A stretch of 59,029 bases of DNA, filler included, from Trypethelium eluteriae (Eukaryota): assembly GCA_051942245.1 (NCBI GenBank). It is 2 parts of 2 records of this genome, joined end to end, with 100 filler letters (N's around TTAATTAATTAA, not from the genome) between each part and the next. Parts side by side here need not be neighbours in the genome. Positions count along the whole stretch, not along the records: positions 1 to 29,568 come from JAVECL010000292.1; 1 more part is not named here. One strand, given 5' to 3'. Both the position numbers and the translations under genes were made by a program. Below, piece by piece: positions 8,999 to 21,799 of the stretch (position 1 is its first letter; each line of letters opens with the position of its first letter). The notes beneath the pieces are model-generated. The model had not been told where the DNA came from, did not search any database, and saw only the letters and a list, made by a program, of their open reading frames with translations.

Positions 8999-11900
8999 CC
9001 AGACTTATGATGAGAAGGTACTAATTTCTTAAAGTGCTCTGGCTATCGCTCACTGTCCGCCGGCAGCGTGGTTGAGTACCAGCTGAGCCGAGCTTCCTCG
9101 ATTGACGTAAAAGCAGAGCTCTGGCCGCTGCTTGAACTGGTGGGGTGGCAAGATGGTACTGGCTGCTGTAGCTGGTACGTGCTTTTGTTCCTCTTTACAT
9201 AGGGCAGAGTTCCAAGGGTTTTCTGGCTGGCACGGAAGATGTCTCAATAATCTGTTTAGTTCAGGATCGATTGTTGAACGACGGTCGGCGTTTGGTCTGT
9301 CTGGGCCTTGTCCCTGTCTAGTCTTGTCTCGAAAGGCTCGTGGTACGTGGGCTCACGATCCCGGATCACCTTTCTTTCGTCCCTGGACACTCATAACAGG
9401 TACTTGACATACGAAACCAGACTCAAATTTTCTCCGGCTCGTCTTCGCCGACGATTTGATGAAGTTAGGCAGGGACTATGTAAGTCCACACTTGTCTAAA
9501 TGCAGAAATATGACTGGCACTAAACCCACGTTACCGTATCTCCGCACGGAAAGATACGGCTGGAGGGTTAGATTGTCTGTTGACCTGTGAATTCTCAACC
9601 CACGGCTCTGGTATTAATCACGTACGGTTTCGACAAATTTATGAGCGAGTGACAGACAGACCGCCTTGAAGCCTCGAATGGGCCACGCTCTTAATCGCTC
9701 TTCAGCTTGTTGTTGTGGCACCCGGATAACTGAAAGCTGCCGCGGCAAGTGTACTCCTCTAATTTGCAGTTCGTTTTTCTCGAGTCGAGACAGGTTTTGT
9801 CGTGATCAGCGGTTTAGCTAATGCTACCGAAAACGAAAGGTAGGACTTACTTCACTCGAAACTGGAAGGGGAACACGGGCGCTGACTTCGTTCCATTCGA
9901 AGAGATCGGTACCTTGTTCACATTGATGAGCGACCACATCAAGGACACTGACGGCGGCAATGATGATTCAAAAGAAAATGGGCCGACTGTTTCATACCCA
10001 TCTAAGTCACGATCGTTCTTTTGTTCATAGGCTTTTGGAAGCAGCAGGCTTATACACCCTTCATGGTCAACTCCTTTGCGTCTATCAAAGTCGCACCTTC
10101 GCTTCACTGGTATTGCAACTTTACGACAAGCCATGCATCTCAGGTGCGAACGAAGCCTGATGATGGATGCTGAACGATGTGCATGTGAACGCTTCGACCA
10201 TCGTTGACGATGCCGACCGTCTATGAATCGGTACCATTCCACGCTGTAAGTCTGTCTCGTCAGAAGAATGTCAGTATGAAATGCGCGGACCGTTGCAGGG
10301 CTCCGGAATCGACATGCAACGTCCTAGTAAAAAGTACGCCTCCTTTTCTCTTCCAAGGCGACATATCGCAGGCTCACTCAGGCCCATACTGTCTAGCATA
10401 CCGCATAGCATCTACTGCATCCTAGGGTTTGTCTTTGTATTGTCGATGGCTTAAGGGTTCCGCGGTCTTTTGCTGGGCGCAAATTCCTCGGGACCTTGCT
10501 CTCAAGACACTGGGAGTTCGTTTCAGCAGATCCCCCGGGCCATCTAGCCTAAAATATATATGACCGGCGAGGAGCAGTGGTCGAAATAAAGTTTTCTGGC
10601 AAGTGATCTATCTACAGCTGCACTTGCAGATGGTTGCAGGGCCTGTTAAATTCTGGGAACTTGTGTCACCCCGGGAGTCGGCATGGAGTCCATATGAAAG
10701 AAGTCCTGGGGAGCCTGCAGGTTTTGCCTATAGCGAGTTCAATACTTCAATATTTACGAAGAAACGCGGCTTCGTGATGACCCGTTCACGCCGGCTAATG
10801 CAGAGGCTGACAAGTAGGACGCCGTACGCAATTCTGTCTCATGAAAGCAGCGCAAGCCTAGGATATGTGCCACAGCAAGATGGAGTACACATATGCCGTT
10901 TTCTCACCTGTTTCATCCTCCGGAAGTCAACTGCATTCTATATACTCTTTGAGCAATACATTCTTGCAGTTATTTTATATGCTTTCACCTTAGTAGTCCA
11001 ATAAGCGAGCATTCACTCGGACTTTCTTATTATACTCAAGACGCAGCATACCTCACTTTTCTAGTCCGATGCTTAGTTCGCCAGCAAATGATCGTCCAGG
11101 AGAACTTCATTGCATTCATAGAATCTGCTTACGCATAAATCCCGTGATTGTCAGGGCATCTAAAAGGTATTTAGTAGCTTACGGGAAATGCTCACGAATC
11201 GTGCATCGTCCCTCTTCAAATAAATTGCTTTACAGGGTTGCTTCTCTGGAAAGTATGCAGCACGATATACTGAGTCATCTCAACCATGGATCTATGCTCA
11301 AAGCCTGTAAATTAGAACTAAGGGACAGTGGTTTACATCTCTGGCATTCATCAAACGACAACTTTGGACTCTCAAATCTACCACATTCATGCCGGTCATT
11401 TGCGAAGCTCATGTCTAGTGGTCTCGTTCAGGGAGTTTGCAGCATTACTCTATTGACGATTTACTATAGTAACCCACGCAGCCTAGCTATTTCCTATCTC
11501 TGTGGAAGCTATGATCCAGTGCTCGATGAATAGCTATCTTCATGAAGTCGCTCAATTCGGCTTTTTGACCAAGCCACATACAGTACTTTATTTCTCTTCT
11601 CGAAGTGATGGGTAAGAAGCGTCAGGTTGTACTATTGTAAACCCAACTGATGATTGAGTGGACGTGTCATGTCCGCGCTCGCCAAAGTACTGATGAATTA
11701 TATTGTGGGATTGAATACAACTTTCACACGGCGCAGCTCAGCAGATTCATAGGTCTCTTATGTTGTAGAGACCTCGACGATAGAAGATAACATAGGCCGA
11801 TATCCAGGAGAAGGGGAGTGGATAAGATCGGATGAATGACAAGATGCAAGATCCTTTAGGCCTACATCCGCATAAAGTGACAGGCTTTCCCAAATTGAGC

Positions 11901-12358
11901 GTGTTAGGTAAGCCGTGGCGCCGTGAGCGATAGCCAGGAACGGCCAGGAACAGCCAGTTCGGTCCCAAAGAAGCCGAAGGTCACTGGTGGCTCGGTTTCT
12001 CTTGGCGACGCGTAAAAGCCGGGGTACCGGACGGCCCTCCCTTTGGCCCTTTTGCCCTTTGGCTTTGACCCTACCTAGGTACCCGGCCACAACAACCAGA
12101 CCACCTCAGGCTTTCCACCTCACCGGTTGATCCAGCCGTGCAGTCGCCATTCACTCGTTTCAATTGTCCCAGCGGCTGAGGCACCATCTCGAATGAATCC
12201 CTGCGAGTTTTACCTCCAGACAAGGCCTGGCCTCCCAGTCTTCGGCCGACTCCGGTCACAAAGGACAGCATTGCGATCTGGGAGAATTCGTCTAATCGCC
12301 CTATCATCTCGCTGAAAGTGGACCCACGACTTTTTCCCGACTATCCTTTGGGTGAAAA

Positions 12359-15300
12359 ATGGGGAAAGTGGGCGAGGATGTGGAGTTTCCAGTTGCTGCA
12401 CCCTCGGGTGTTCGCCGAAGGCACTCCAGGAACCATGAAGAGGACGCTGAAGGGGCAAGTGAACAGGAAGGGGCTACATCGGAGACCTATCGAAGCGATG
12501 CTGTGGGTAGGAGATCTCACACAGATCCTCTATCCAGTGCTACTATTTCGGGCCAAGACACACCGGCGTTCTCGACCTCCAAGCCCCCAACTGCATCAGC
12601 TCCCCGCGTACGGTTTTCAGAAGAAGTTGAGCGAAGACCTTCGTGGAACAATTTAAGAGGCGATAGGGATGACAATCAGGACAAGGGAAGTAGAGGCCTT
12701 GGCATTGGAACTGGCAAACGTCCGTCGACGCCCGAATTATCGTTAGATACACGGCGCGCAGCATCGGGTCCCTCGATTCTAGGCAGAGATACCGTACTTT
12801 CTCCTAAGAGTCTCAAATCCCCAGAATCGCAAAAGAGCCCGAAATCACCTCTTTCTCCTGGCTCTCGGCCCAGAGGATACTCTCTCAGAAGTGCCATCTT
12901 TCGGCGGAATATGAGCGATGTCGGCGAGGCAAGGGAGCCCATTATTGAGATGGACGATGTTGGCTCATCAAGCACAACAATGGGGCAACAGACAGATACT
13001 GCTGTTTCGCCGGGTAAGAAATCTACTGATACTGTCGTGTCAGTCTCACCTGTCATTCTGCGCACAGATACAGAAGCAACTATCAACCAGCCGAGCCTTT
13101 GGGATCGAAGCGCGAAAGCAGCACTAGAGAAGGGCATGAAAGGCGTCAAGGGTGTCTCTGCTCTACCCAATTACCAACAATGGATCGAAGAAAAGGCGGC
13201 TCACGCTGGTATTACTGTCAAGATCAAGGGTTATTACCGTCGCGCAAGGAAATTCATCTTGCGGATACAGGACATTCCACCGAGTAAGGATGGCAGACAT
13301 ATAGAGCTAGATCCTTCAAGAAAGAAAGCATTGATAGACGAAAGGACTGGTCATGCATACATTGGGAATACAGTTCGCTCCAGTCGATACAACGCGTGGA
13401 ACTTCATCCCGCGACAGCTGTTTGCACAATTTTCTAAACTGGCGAACTTGTATGGCTCTTTCGTCATCGCAATAACGATCAAGCTAACGGATTCAGTTAC
13501 TTTTTGATTGTTTCTACTTTACAGATGATACCCAGTAAGCAAAGAGGACTTTCCATTGCCTAACATCATGATGACTGACTCGAATAGGTTTGAGTACTAC
13601 GGGAAGTACGTGAGCAATAGATACTTTCACTAGTATTTGGCTAATCTAATCACAGCATATACAACCATTGTGCCCTTGTTGTTTTTCGTTAGCATATCCA
13701 TGGCGAAAGAGGGAATAGACGATTTGCGACGATACAAACTCGATAAGACCGAGAACAATAAGCAAGCGTCAGTTTTGCATAGATACCAACCTACATCCGT
13801 AGACACCACCAAGGAGGGTGAGGAACCTCTTCCTTCATCAGCTCTGACGCATTGGGCGAAGACGAAGTGGTACAACATTCAAGTTGGGGATGTCATCAAA
13901 TTGGAGCGAGATGAAGCAGTCCCTGCAGATGTCGTGCTGCTCAACTCGCAAGGTCCGAACGGTGTCGCGTATATTGAGACTATGGCCTTGGATGGGGAGA
14001 CCAACCTGAAAAGCAAGCAAACAACACACTCCCTCGCAAAAGAATGTGACACGACCGAGAAAGTTGCTGCGTGCAACGCCCATTTCGTTGTCGAGGATCC
14101 AAACCTCGACCTGTATAATTTTGAGGGCCGGGTTACCGTCGACGGCGAGACATGTCCTCTCACCAATAACGAAATCATTTATCGCGGCAGTGTCCTAAGA
14201 AATACACTTGAGGCTGTGGGGATGGTCATCTATACGGGAGAAGAATGCAAAATTCGCATGAACGCCAACAAAAACCCACGCATTAAGGCTCCATCTCTTC
14301 AAGCCATTGTCAACAAGGTCGTCGTCATTATTGTCCTGTTTGTCATATTTCTTGCCATTTTCAACACCGTTGCTTATCAAGTCTGGGCTCATCAAGTTGA
14401 ACACAAGTCTTGGTACATCTCCAATGCTCGCGTCGCTTTCTTTCCAATCTTCGTTTCTTTTATCATTATGTTCAATACCATGATACCCCTCTCTCTGTAT
14501 GTCAGCATGGAGATCATCAAATTGGCGCAAATGTTTTTGTTAAACGATATCGATATGTATGATGAAACCACGAACACACCGTTCGAGGCAAGGACTTCCA
14601 CCATCAACGAAGAGCTTGGTCAAGTCAGGTGTGTTCTCTGATTTTTGCCTCCTTACCAGACGCTAATATGAACAGCTATATATTTTCGGACAAGACAGGA
14701 ACTTTGACAGACAATACAATGAAATTCAGGAAAATCAGCGTGGCTGGCACCGCATGGCTACACGACGCTGATTTGAACGGCGAGGAGGACAAAAACCACC
14801 TGATCCACAAGAAGCGGAGCAAGAAATCCAAAGGGAAAAAGCCTCTACGGTCGAAGAAATCTTTCGGCTCTCGCTCTGCTACGGAACGACCGGAGCCGCA
14901 GAGAACGAACTCGGAAATCCTCTTAGAAGAATCCATGGAGCCTCCTCGGACGTCTACTTCAAACTGGCAGTCCTCAGCGCGTCCTACCAAGAATCAAATT
15001 GAACTCAGGACATCTGAACTAATTCGATTCATCCAGAGGCGGCCGTTTACCGTCTTCGCTCGAAAGGCTCGAATGCTCCTTCTGTCGATTGCTCTATGCC
15101 ATACATGTCTTCCAGAGACGCATGAAAATGGCAAAATCGATTTCCAGGCGTCTTCTCCAGACGAATTAGCGTTAGTGCGTGCTGCGCAAGAGCTTGGCTA
15201 CCTGGTTGTAGACCGAGACACTGGAATACTTACCATTCAGACAACCCCGAACGGCCTTGACAGTGAACCCGTATTTGAGAATTTTGAGATCATGGATGTC

Positions 15301-17711
15301 ATTGAATTTTCTAGCAAAAGGAAAAGGATGTCTGTCATCGTGCGCTTCCCGGACCAGCGGATTTGTGTCATTTGCAAGGGCGCAGACTCTCTTGTCATGC
15401 AGCTTCTCAAGCTTTCTTCTCTGGCAAATCAAAAGGTCGCTGAGATTGAGAAACGGGCGAGTATTCGTAAGAGTCTTGAGGCACAGGAGGCTATCAGACG
15501 GAAAAGCGAGCAGAAAGAACGGTATAGCATGAGCCGACCAAGCATTAGTCTTAGCCTTGGTCGCCCGAGCATTGCCGGACTTGGTCGAAACAGTATGAGC
15601 CGACCCAGCATCAGTCGGCCGAGTATCAGCGGAACCAAGCTACAGCCAATTCGCGACGAGGTTGACACCTGGCTGCGGGAGCGAGAGAGAGATGTTCAAG
15701 TTACCTCGTTCGAAGACCAAACTGCCCGCTACACGCCTCGCCCTTCAACAACCAATATTGGCAATGGCAGATCGTCTGTAGCCATGTCCGAGGCCCGCAG
15801 TTCTATCGCAACAGAATTCGATGACGACCTCGTGGATGATGCGCTCGCTGTCGACGAGAATGCAGTAGTTGAACGATGCTTTCAGCATATCCATGACTTC
15901 GCCACAGAGGGATTGAGGACCTTGCTCTACGGCTATCGCTTTCTGGACGAACACGAATATGCGGGATGGAAGAAAGTCTATTTGGATGCGACAACTAGCC
16001 TTGTGGACCGTCAAGACATGATCGAACGAGCGGGAGAATTGATTGAACATGACTTTGAACTTGGTGGCGCAACTGCCATTGAGGACAAACTGCAAAAGGG
16101 TGTTCCAGAGGCAATAGACAAGCTGAGACGTGCTAACATCAAGATGTGGATGTTGACGGGCGATAAAAGAGAGACCGCCATCAACATTGGATATTCTTGT
16201 CGCTTGATCAAAGACTACTCGATCGTCACTGTACTCGATCACGAATCCGGCCATGTCGAGGAGAGTATCGCAGCAACCATCGTCGAAATTAACAAGGGTG
16301 TCGTTGCCCATTCTGTCGTGGTCGTTGACGGACAGACGCTCACAATGATCGACAGTGACCCATTCGTACAGTCCCTATTTTTGGACCTGGCAATACTCAC
16401 TGACTCGGTCATCTGTTGTCGAGCATCACCAAGTCAAAAAGCTGGTCTTGTCAAGACTATTCGCAGGAAGATCAAAAAGAGCGTCACCCTCGCTATTGGC
16501 GATGGTGCAAATGACATTGCCATGATTCAAGAGGCACACGTTGGTATCGGTATTACCGGAAAAGAAGGTCTCCAAGCCGCGAGGAGCTCGGACTATTCAA
16601 TAGCTCAGTTCCGCTTTCTGGTCAAGCTCTTGCTCGTACACGGGCGGTGGAACTATATCAGGACCTGCAAATACACAGTGGGCACGTTCTGGAAAGAATT
16701 TGTAAGACACTATAGAATGGTCGCATCTTCACAACGAAGCTAATACTCTGACAGCTCTTCTATCTCACCCAAGCCTTGTATCAGCGCTGGGCTGGTTACA
16801 CCGGTACATCCCTTTACGAGTCATGGTCTCTTAGCATGTTCAATACCCTCTTCACCTCTCTCCCAGTGATCTTCCTAGGCATCTTCGAACGCGACCTCCA
16901 ACCCGCCACCCTTCTCGCCGTCCCCGAGCTCTACAGCAAAGGCCAGCGCAATGGTGGCTTCAACCTCGTCCTCTACCTCGGCTGGATGTTTATGAGCAGC
17001 TCGGAGGCCATGCTCATCTTCTTCTGCATGTTCGGCCTCTTCGGACAGGTCAATTTCACGCAGGACAACGACCTCTTCGCCATGGGCGACCTCACCTTCA
17101 CCGCGTGCATCATGCTCATCAACATCAAGATGCAGCTCATCGAGATGCACTCCAAAAGCGCCGTCGTGCCGCTCTCCCTCGTCCTCTCCGTCGGCGGCTG
17201 GTACCTCTGGAACATCGTGCTGTCGGCCACGTACCACAACAACGTCATCTACCACGTCAAGGGCGCCTTCTTCACCCAGTTCGGCCGCAACCCGGCCTGG
17301 TGGGCCACGCTGGTGCTCGTCGTCATGGCCGCCGTCGTCCTCGAGCTCGGCGTCGCCAGCCTGCGCGCCGCCTTCCGCCCCAACGACGTCGACGTCTTCC
17401 AGGAGCTCGAGCAGGACCTGCAGATCCGGAAGCGCTTTGAGGAGGCGGCGGCCAGCGAGCTCCGCCAGGGCTGGGACCGTGGCACGAAGCGCAGCAGTGC
17501 GGAGATTGAGCGCGAGGAGGAGGAGAAGCGCAGGGAGGGCGAGGTGCAGGATCTGCTGAATCGCCCACGCGTTATGGAGGAGGGGAGGGCGGAAGCGGCA
17601 GGGAGGAGGGTAGAGGGCCGCGTGGTGGGCGAGGAGATGGAGCCGAGGAAGTCGGCGGAGATTCACGAGATGCTGTCACGTAGGTTTGGCAGCGTCCGCA
17701 GCGAATTGTAG
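12359..17711 (+). CDS. DNF3: P4-type ATPase phospholipid flippase, Dnf3-like
   Basis: Motifs IDERTG..YIGN...SSRY, ETMALDGETNLK, EELGQV/YIFSDKTGTLT (phosphorylated Asp), SSPDELALV, EFSSKRKRMS, WMLTGDKRETA, CCRASPSQKA and AIGDGANDIAMIQEAHVGIG. Multi-exon. The DNF3 subfamily call rests on recognition only. Confidence 0.9.
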
Positions 17712-18036
17712 ATTGGCGTCTTGTCACGAAGCAGTTTATTTCTTGTACAGAATAATATTTCAATGGAGGAATTGGTTCTGGCGTGCTCGATTGGCGCTTC
17801 TCATTGCTATCAGTGGGCCTCTTGAATGGGCACTTTCTTGCCGTACCGCAGTTTCGGACAGTCCGCTTGGTCTGAATAGATCCAATCTGCCCTGTACTCC
17901 TCCTCTGCTATATCGGGTGATTTATCTGTTTATCTAGTTGGGTCTGCTGGCGCGGGGTCGCAGCCCCTAGGTAAAAGCGTCGTACTTGAGTCGTAGTTCA
18001 TGTGCTGCTCGATGTTGTCTGTGGACGAGGTGCCTT

Positions 18037-18494
18037 TCAGGATGACGGCTGTGGCGAAATGAGAACTACCGAATCACCTACATATTGTGAGTTCTGCCCT
18101 CTCAAACTTCCAAATGTCGAAAGTGAGCATGTATACCTCTAACAAACAGCATTTCGGATTGTTTCTTCATGATCTGAAAATCATCAACGCAAATCTCATG
18201 ATCGAGACTGAGTCTACGAACTCTCACGTCCTGCTGCTCTTCCTCTTCGTCTTCGTCATAGGTGTATATTGTCTCTTCGACATCTCCAAGTACTAAATTG
18301 CAATGGCTATCGTAGGCCTATGCAAGAGTTACAAGGTTGCCGCAAGGAAGGAAAATAAGGTAGCTCACATGTAGACGACCCTTGAGTTCGCGATCCCCAC
18401 GGAGTTTGACAAAGACTATTTCGTCGAGTGAGAGACGCACCAGATCTAGCGGCTCCTGCACCGTAGGCGCAGCATCATTGTCGGCGTCTGCCAT
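18037..18494 (-). CDS. LSM3: U6 snRNA-associated Sm-like protein LSm3, 4 exons (18494-18369, 18317-18222, 18173-18137, 18077-18037)
   Basis: Manual splice gives [60 protein letters not shown]...[25 protein letters not shown], which contains the Sm1 and Sm2 motifs of Lsm3. All three introns are GT-AG. Not in the ORF track. Confidence 0.95.
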
Positions 18495-18670
18495 CAGTCA
18501 TCGGGTCGAGGTGGAGGCCCAAGACTGCTCATGTTTTTCATGATTTTCAGGCACGGTAGAAGAGCATTAAGCGCGCGGAAGGCGGCTCCGGCGAGAGCGA
18601 CCTCCGAAATTCTTGGACCAAGTCTCAATTTAGGGGGTTTAGACAGGATCATGTTGCGAACATATCGTAT

Positions 18671-20680
18671 ATGGGCCCGTTTTCCACCTTGCTGGGCTCT
18701 GCAGAGCTTCGTTCAGCTTCGAGGGCACCATGGAAAAGTCAATTGCAGCCTGTGAACTGGACCTGCTCCGAATGTCGGTCCCGGAGAGCTCTACAACGGC
18801 GAAATCAGCATACAGATGCCCAAGCACAGATCTTGAGCGCGTCTAAAGATGGACCTCAACGAGCTATCTACCAGCCTATATTTGACGCGTCTTCCGACAA
18901 ATCCCAAAAGAATAATTCAGCCCCTTTGACTGACAAAAGCGCTTTTTACCAACCCATCCCCTTCTACAAAACCTTCCCAAAGGAGCCAACGCAAGATTTG
19001 AAACCCGAAGTAACTTCCGATTCGGACTTCGAATACCTCAGAACCCGGAAGGCCGAGCTTAGAGAAGCTCTGGCACGACGCGAACCCTATCGTTTGCTTA
19101 CAGCTTTGCAGGCAGGACGAAATAGTCCCGGGTTCTATGATGATCTTCCATCCACTACAATTACGGAAATACTGAAGTTGCTCGACCCGGATTATTTGGT
19201 ATCGATCTATCAAGATGCGTACTATGATATGAGCGATTCCAAGGCTTTTAACATGGGCCGAGTACCGTTACAAAAAGTGCTCGAGGGATACGTTGCTAGC
19301 CTCAGGAATATTGTGGCAAATATGAGTAGGGCAGGGAAAAGACTACGACTGGCAGATTATCGTTGCCTTTTGCGTGCTATTCGCGTCTGCGCACTCGGCA
19401 GAGAAAGTGAAGGGCTTTGGGCTGATATGAAAAAAGCCGCCATTGTCCCGGATACGGCTTGTTACAATGAGTACTTGGCCGCCACGTGTTGGGATGGTCT
19501 GCATTCCTCCACTACAAGACATTCGTTCCGCCTCACGCCGTACACAATGCTTGCGAGATCACGACAAAAGCGAGGGTCCAAATTTGTCAACTACAGGGTA
19601 GGAAAGTATGGCATGACCATCAAGGCAGTCATGACACGCTTGGTCCAGGAAATGCGAAAGAATGGCACCCCAGCTAATGAAGAGACGTTCGCGCATGTAA
19701 TGACAGCTTTGTCGCGCGAAGGTGACATGGGCGGCGTTAAGGACGTGCTGGCTAGCATATTTCTCCTTGATGTGGATGCTATCATGAGCGATTCAAGTAT
19801 AGCAAAACCGCCTCTAGTGCCCACAAGTTCGCCATTTTATCCCACAGAAACGTTACTCTTCACAATTGCACACATATTCGGCTCCAACAACGATATCCCA
19901 GCAGCTCTCCGTCTGGTCGACCACATTTCGCAGCTCTACTCCCTCCCAGTTCCCCTGGCCACATGGCGGGAATTGCTTTACTGGACCTTTGTATTGACGG
20001 TCCCACACTATGGACGTCTCGCAGCCGAGTGGTTTGAGAATATTGGCAGTCTTCCTGGTACCAGCTTCAACCAACTGTTCAAGACCATGATCAACTCCCC
20101 TTACGACCTCACCCCGACTATGGAGATCATTAAATGGCTGATGTCGAACTCCCGCCGAATCGGCGAATGGGACCTAATGAGAGTCTACATTGGACGCGCA
20201 AAGAAGATCTATTCCGCCTCCAGAGATGAACATTTGGCAGCCTACAAAGACTATTTGAATGCAGAGCGGCATCACATGCTCGGTAGGGCATCTCGCGAAC
20301 GCGTCCATCACGCCAGGGCCGTGTTTGAAAGTAAAGACGTCATCCGTGCCCGGAATCTCCGCACCATGCGAGGCTTCGTCCATATGATACTAGGTAAACC
20401 TACTCTCGCGCATATCCCAACCGACAACGACCTGCAGTGGGATCGCCGCGATGTGCCTGATATAGTGTGGGAGAATCGCAAGTTTGTGCCACATCTGATA
20501 CGCTACAGGACGATAGGTGGCGTCGTTGAGTTGGAGTTGCGGAACCCAGAGGAGATCGAAGAGTCGGCACGAACAGCTGATTTGACTGCCATGAGTTATG
20601 TCGTTGACAATCCAACGACGACTACGGGACAATTGGTTGATACCCATGGTGTAGAGCCTCCCATACGTGGGTTCCTGTGA
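18671..20680 (+). CDS. AEP2: Mitochondrial PPR-type ATPase expression protein (Aep2/Atp13-like)
   Basis: 669-aa intronless ORF with a basic, Ser/Arg-rich presequence-like N-terminus and PPR-like repeats (LWADMKKAAIVPDTACYNEYL; MRKNGTPANEETFAHVMTALSREGD). It also has the ATP13-type segment YPTETLLFTIAHIFGSNNDIPAALRLVDHISQLYSLPVPLATWRELLYW. Confidence 0.75.
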   Translation: MGPFSTLLGSAELRSASRAPWKSQLQPVNWTCSECRSRRALQRRNQHTDAQAQILSASKDGPQRAIYQPIFDASSDKSQKNNSAPLTDKSAFYQPIPFYKTFPKEPTQDLKPEVTSDSDFEYLRTRKAELREALARREPYRLLTALQAGRNSPGFYDDLPSTTITEILKLLDPDYLVSIYQDAYYDMSDSKAFNMGRVPLQKVLEGYVASLRNIVANMSRAGKRLRLADYRCLLRAIRVCALGRESEGLWADMKKAAIVPDTACYNEYLAATCWDGLHSSTTRHSFRLTPYTMLARSRQKRGSKFVNYRVGKYGMTIKAVMTRLVQEMRKNGTPANEETFAHVMTALSREGDMGGVKDVLASIFLLDVDAIMSDSSIAKPPLVPTSSPFYPTETLLFTIAHIFGSNNDIPAALRLVDHISQLYSLPVPLATWRELLYWTFVLTVPHYGRLAAEWFENIGSLPGTSFNQLFKTMINSPYDLTPTMEIIKWLMSNSRRIGEWDLMRVYIGRAKKIYSASRDEHLAAYKDYLNAERHHMLGRASRERVHHARAVFESKDVIRARNLRTMRGFVHMILGKPTLAHIPTDNDLQWDRRDVPDIVWENRKFVPHLIRYRTIGGVVELELRNPEEIEESARTADLTAMSYVVDNPTTTTGQLVDTHGVEPPIRGFL

Positions 20681-21799
20681 AGAGGAGCAGGATGGTCTCG
20701 AAGGGTCAAGTTAGGAAATGGATTGACGTCTCTTGCAGCTCAGACTCCGCGAATTGGATCAAGCGGACGAGAGAATGTCGCGGATAGAGCAAGAACTGCT
20801 GCATGTCTGACCAAAAAGAGTAGTTCTACCTTATGTATTATTGTCTACAGTGGGCGCGGATCCGATCGTCTCAAAAGTTGTCTTTGATGGAGAGCATACG
20901 AAGAGCATTGCCAATGTACAATAATATACGATATGGTGATTCTGAACACATATCAGACGCTCATGATTTATGGTTCTCCGTAGTGGAGCCGTGCCGAGGT
21001 GCTGATGCCTCCAGTTCTCTCCCAAACCCCTCACAGAGCGCTTGACGAACAGGGTGTCTCGAAGCTACCGATCCGCAGCGAGTCTCTTAAGGACACTCGA
21101 AACGAATGAAATAGGGGATTCGTCATCGTCTCCAGAACTCGCACTCATTTTCCAGAGCCACATCAGAACATCTACGGCACCCTAGTCTGTGCTTCGCATG
21201 ATACGATACTCGTTGCGTGGCGAAATAGCGGATTCAACAAGTGGCGGCACCAACATGGTCATGGGGACGGCTCTCAATAAACACGAAGCTTTGTTCTAGG
21301 ACCAACTTCATCGAATAGCGTAGAATTCAGAGGGTCCCGAAGAGTACTTGTATCATTTATTTATGTGCCATGAAGACTTGACAAATTGAATAACAGAGCC
21401 CTCGAAAGCGAAAGTTTAAGTCGTCAACGGGCAGCTTATTCAAGCCAAGGCCCTTTCTGCGGCGGCCCTTATGTCAGTCCAGCAGTTTCACATAGGCAGG
21501 ACTATCACGCGAAAGCAGTGTGGCTGGATTCACAGCTCTGCTTGAAGGACCACATGGAGCACGCAGTCAGCAACCTGAGCAAGGCTGAGGCTAACAGGTC
21601 TGAACAAGGCTGATCAGGATCAGCTCCGAGCAACCGTGAGCAAGTATGAGCGCAGTCTGAGCCAGCCAGTCAGCCTGAATTCGACACCCTTTGCCCAGGA
21701 CATGATGGCTTCGTCCCAGTTGCAAATTGTACCTCGGAGCTTGGTCCGGTTCCATTGGACTACTTTATTACTGGAGATAGCTCCGATTCGAATAATAGG

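Noticed and set aside
1..12300. Starship or other large mobile element carrying the module
   Set aside because: No tyrosine-recombinase captain, transposase or terminal repeat/TSD pair is visible in the window. It cannot be excluded beyond the left edge.
16875..17666. 263-aa minus-strand ORF
   Set aside because: Antisense shadow of the GC-rich last flippase exon.
18380..18520. Possible tRNA/ncRNA (GTTCGCGATCC resembles a B-box)
   Set aside because: No cloverleaf; the sequence is LSM3 exon 1 on the minus strand.
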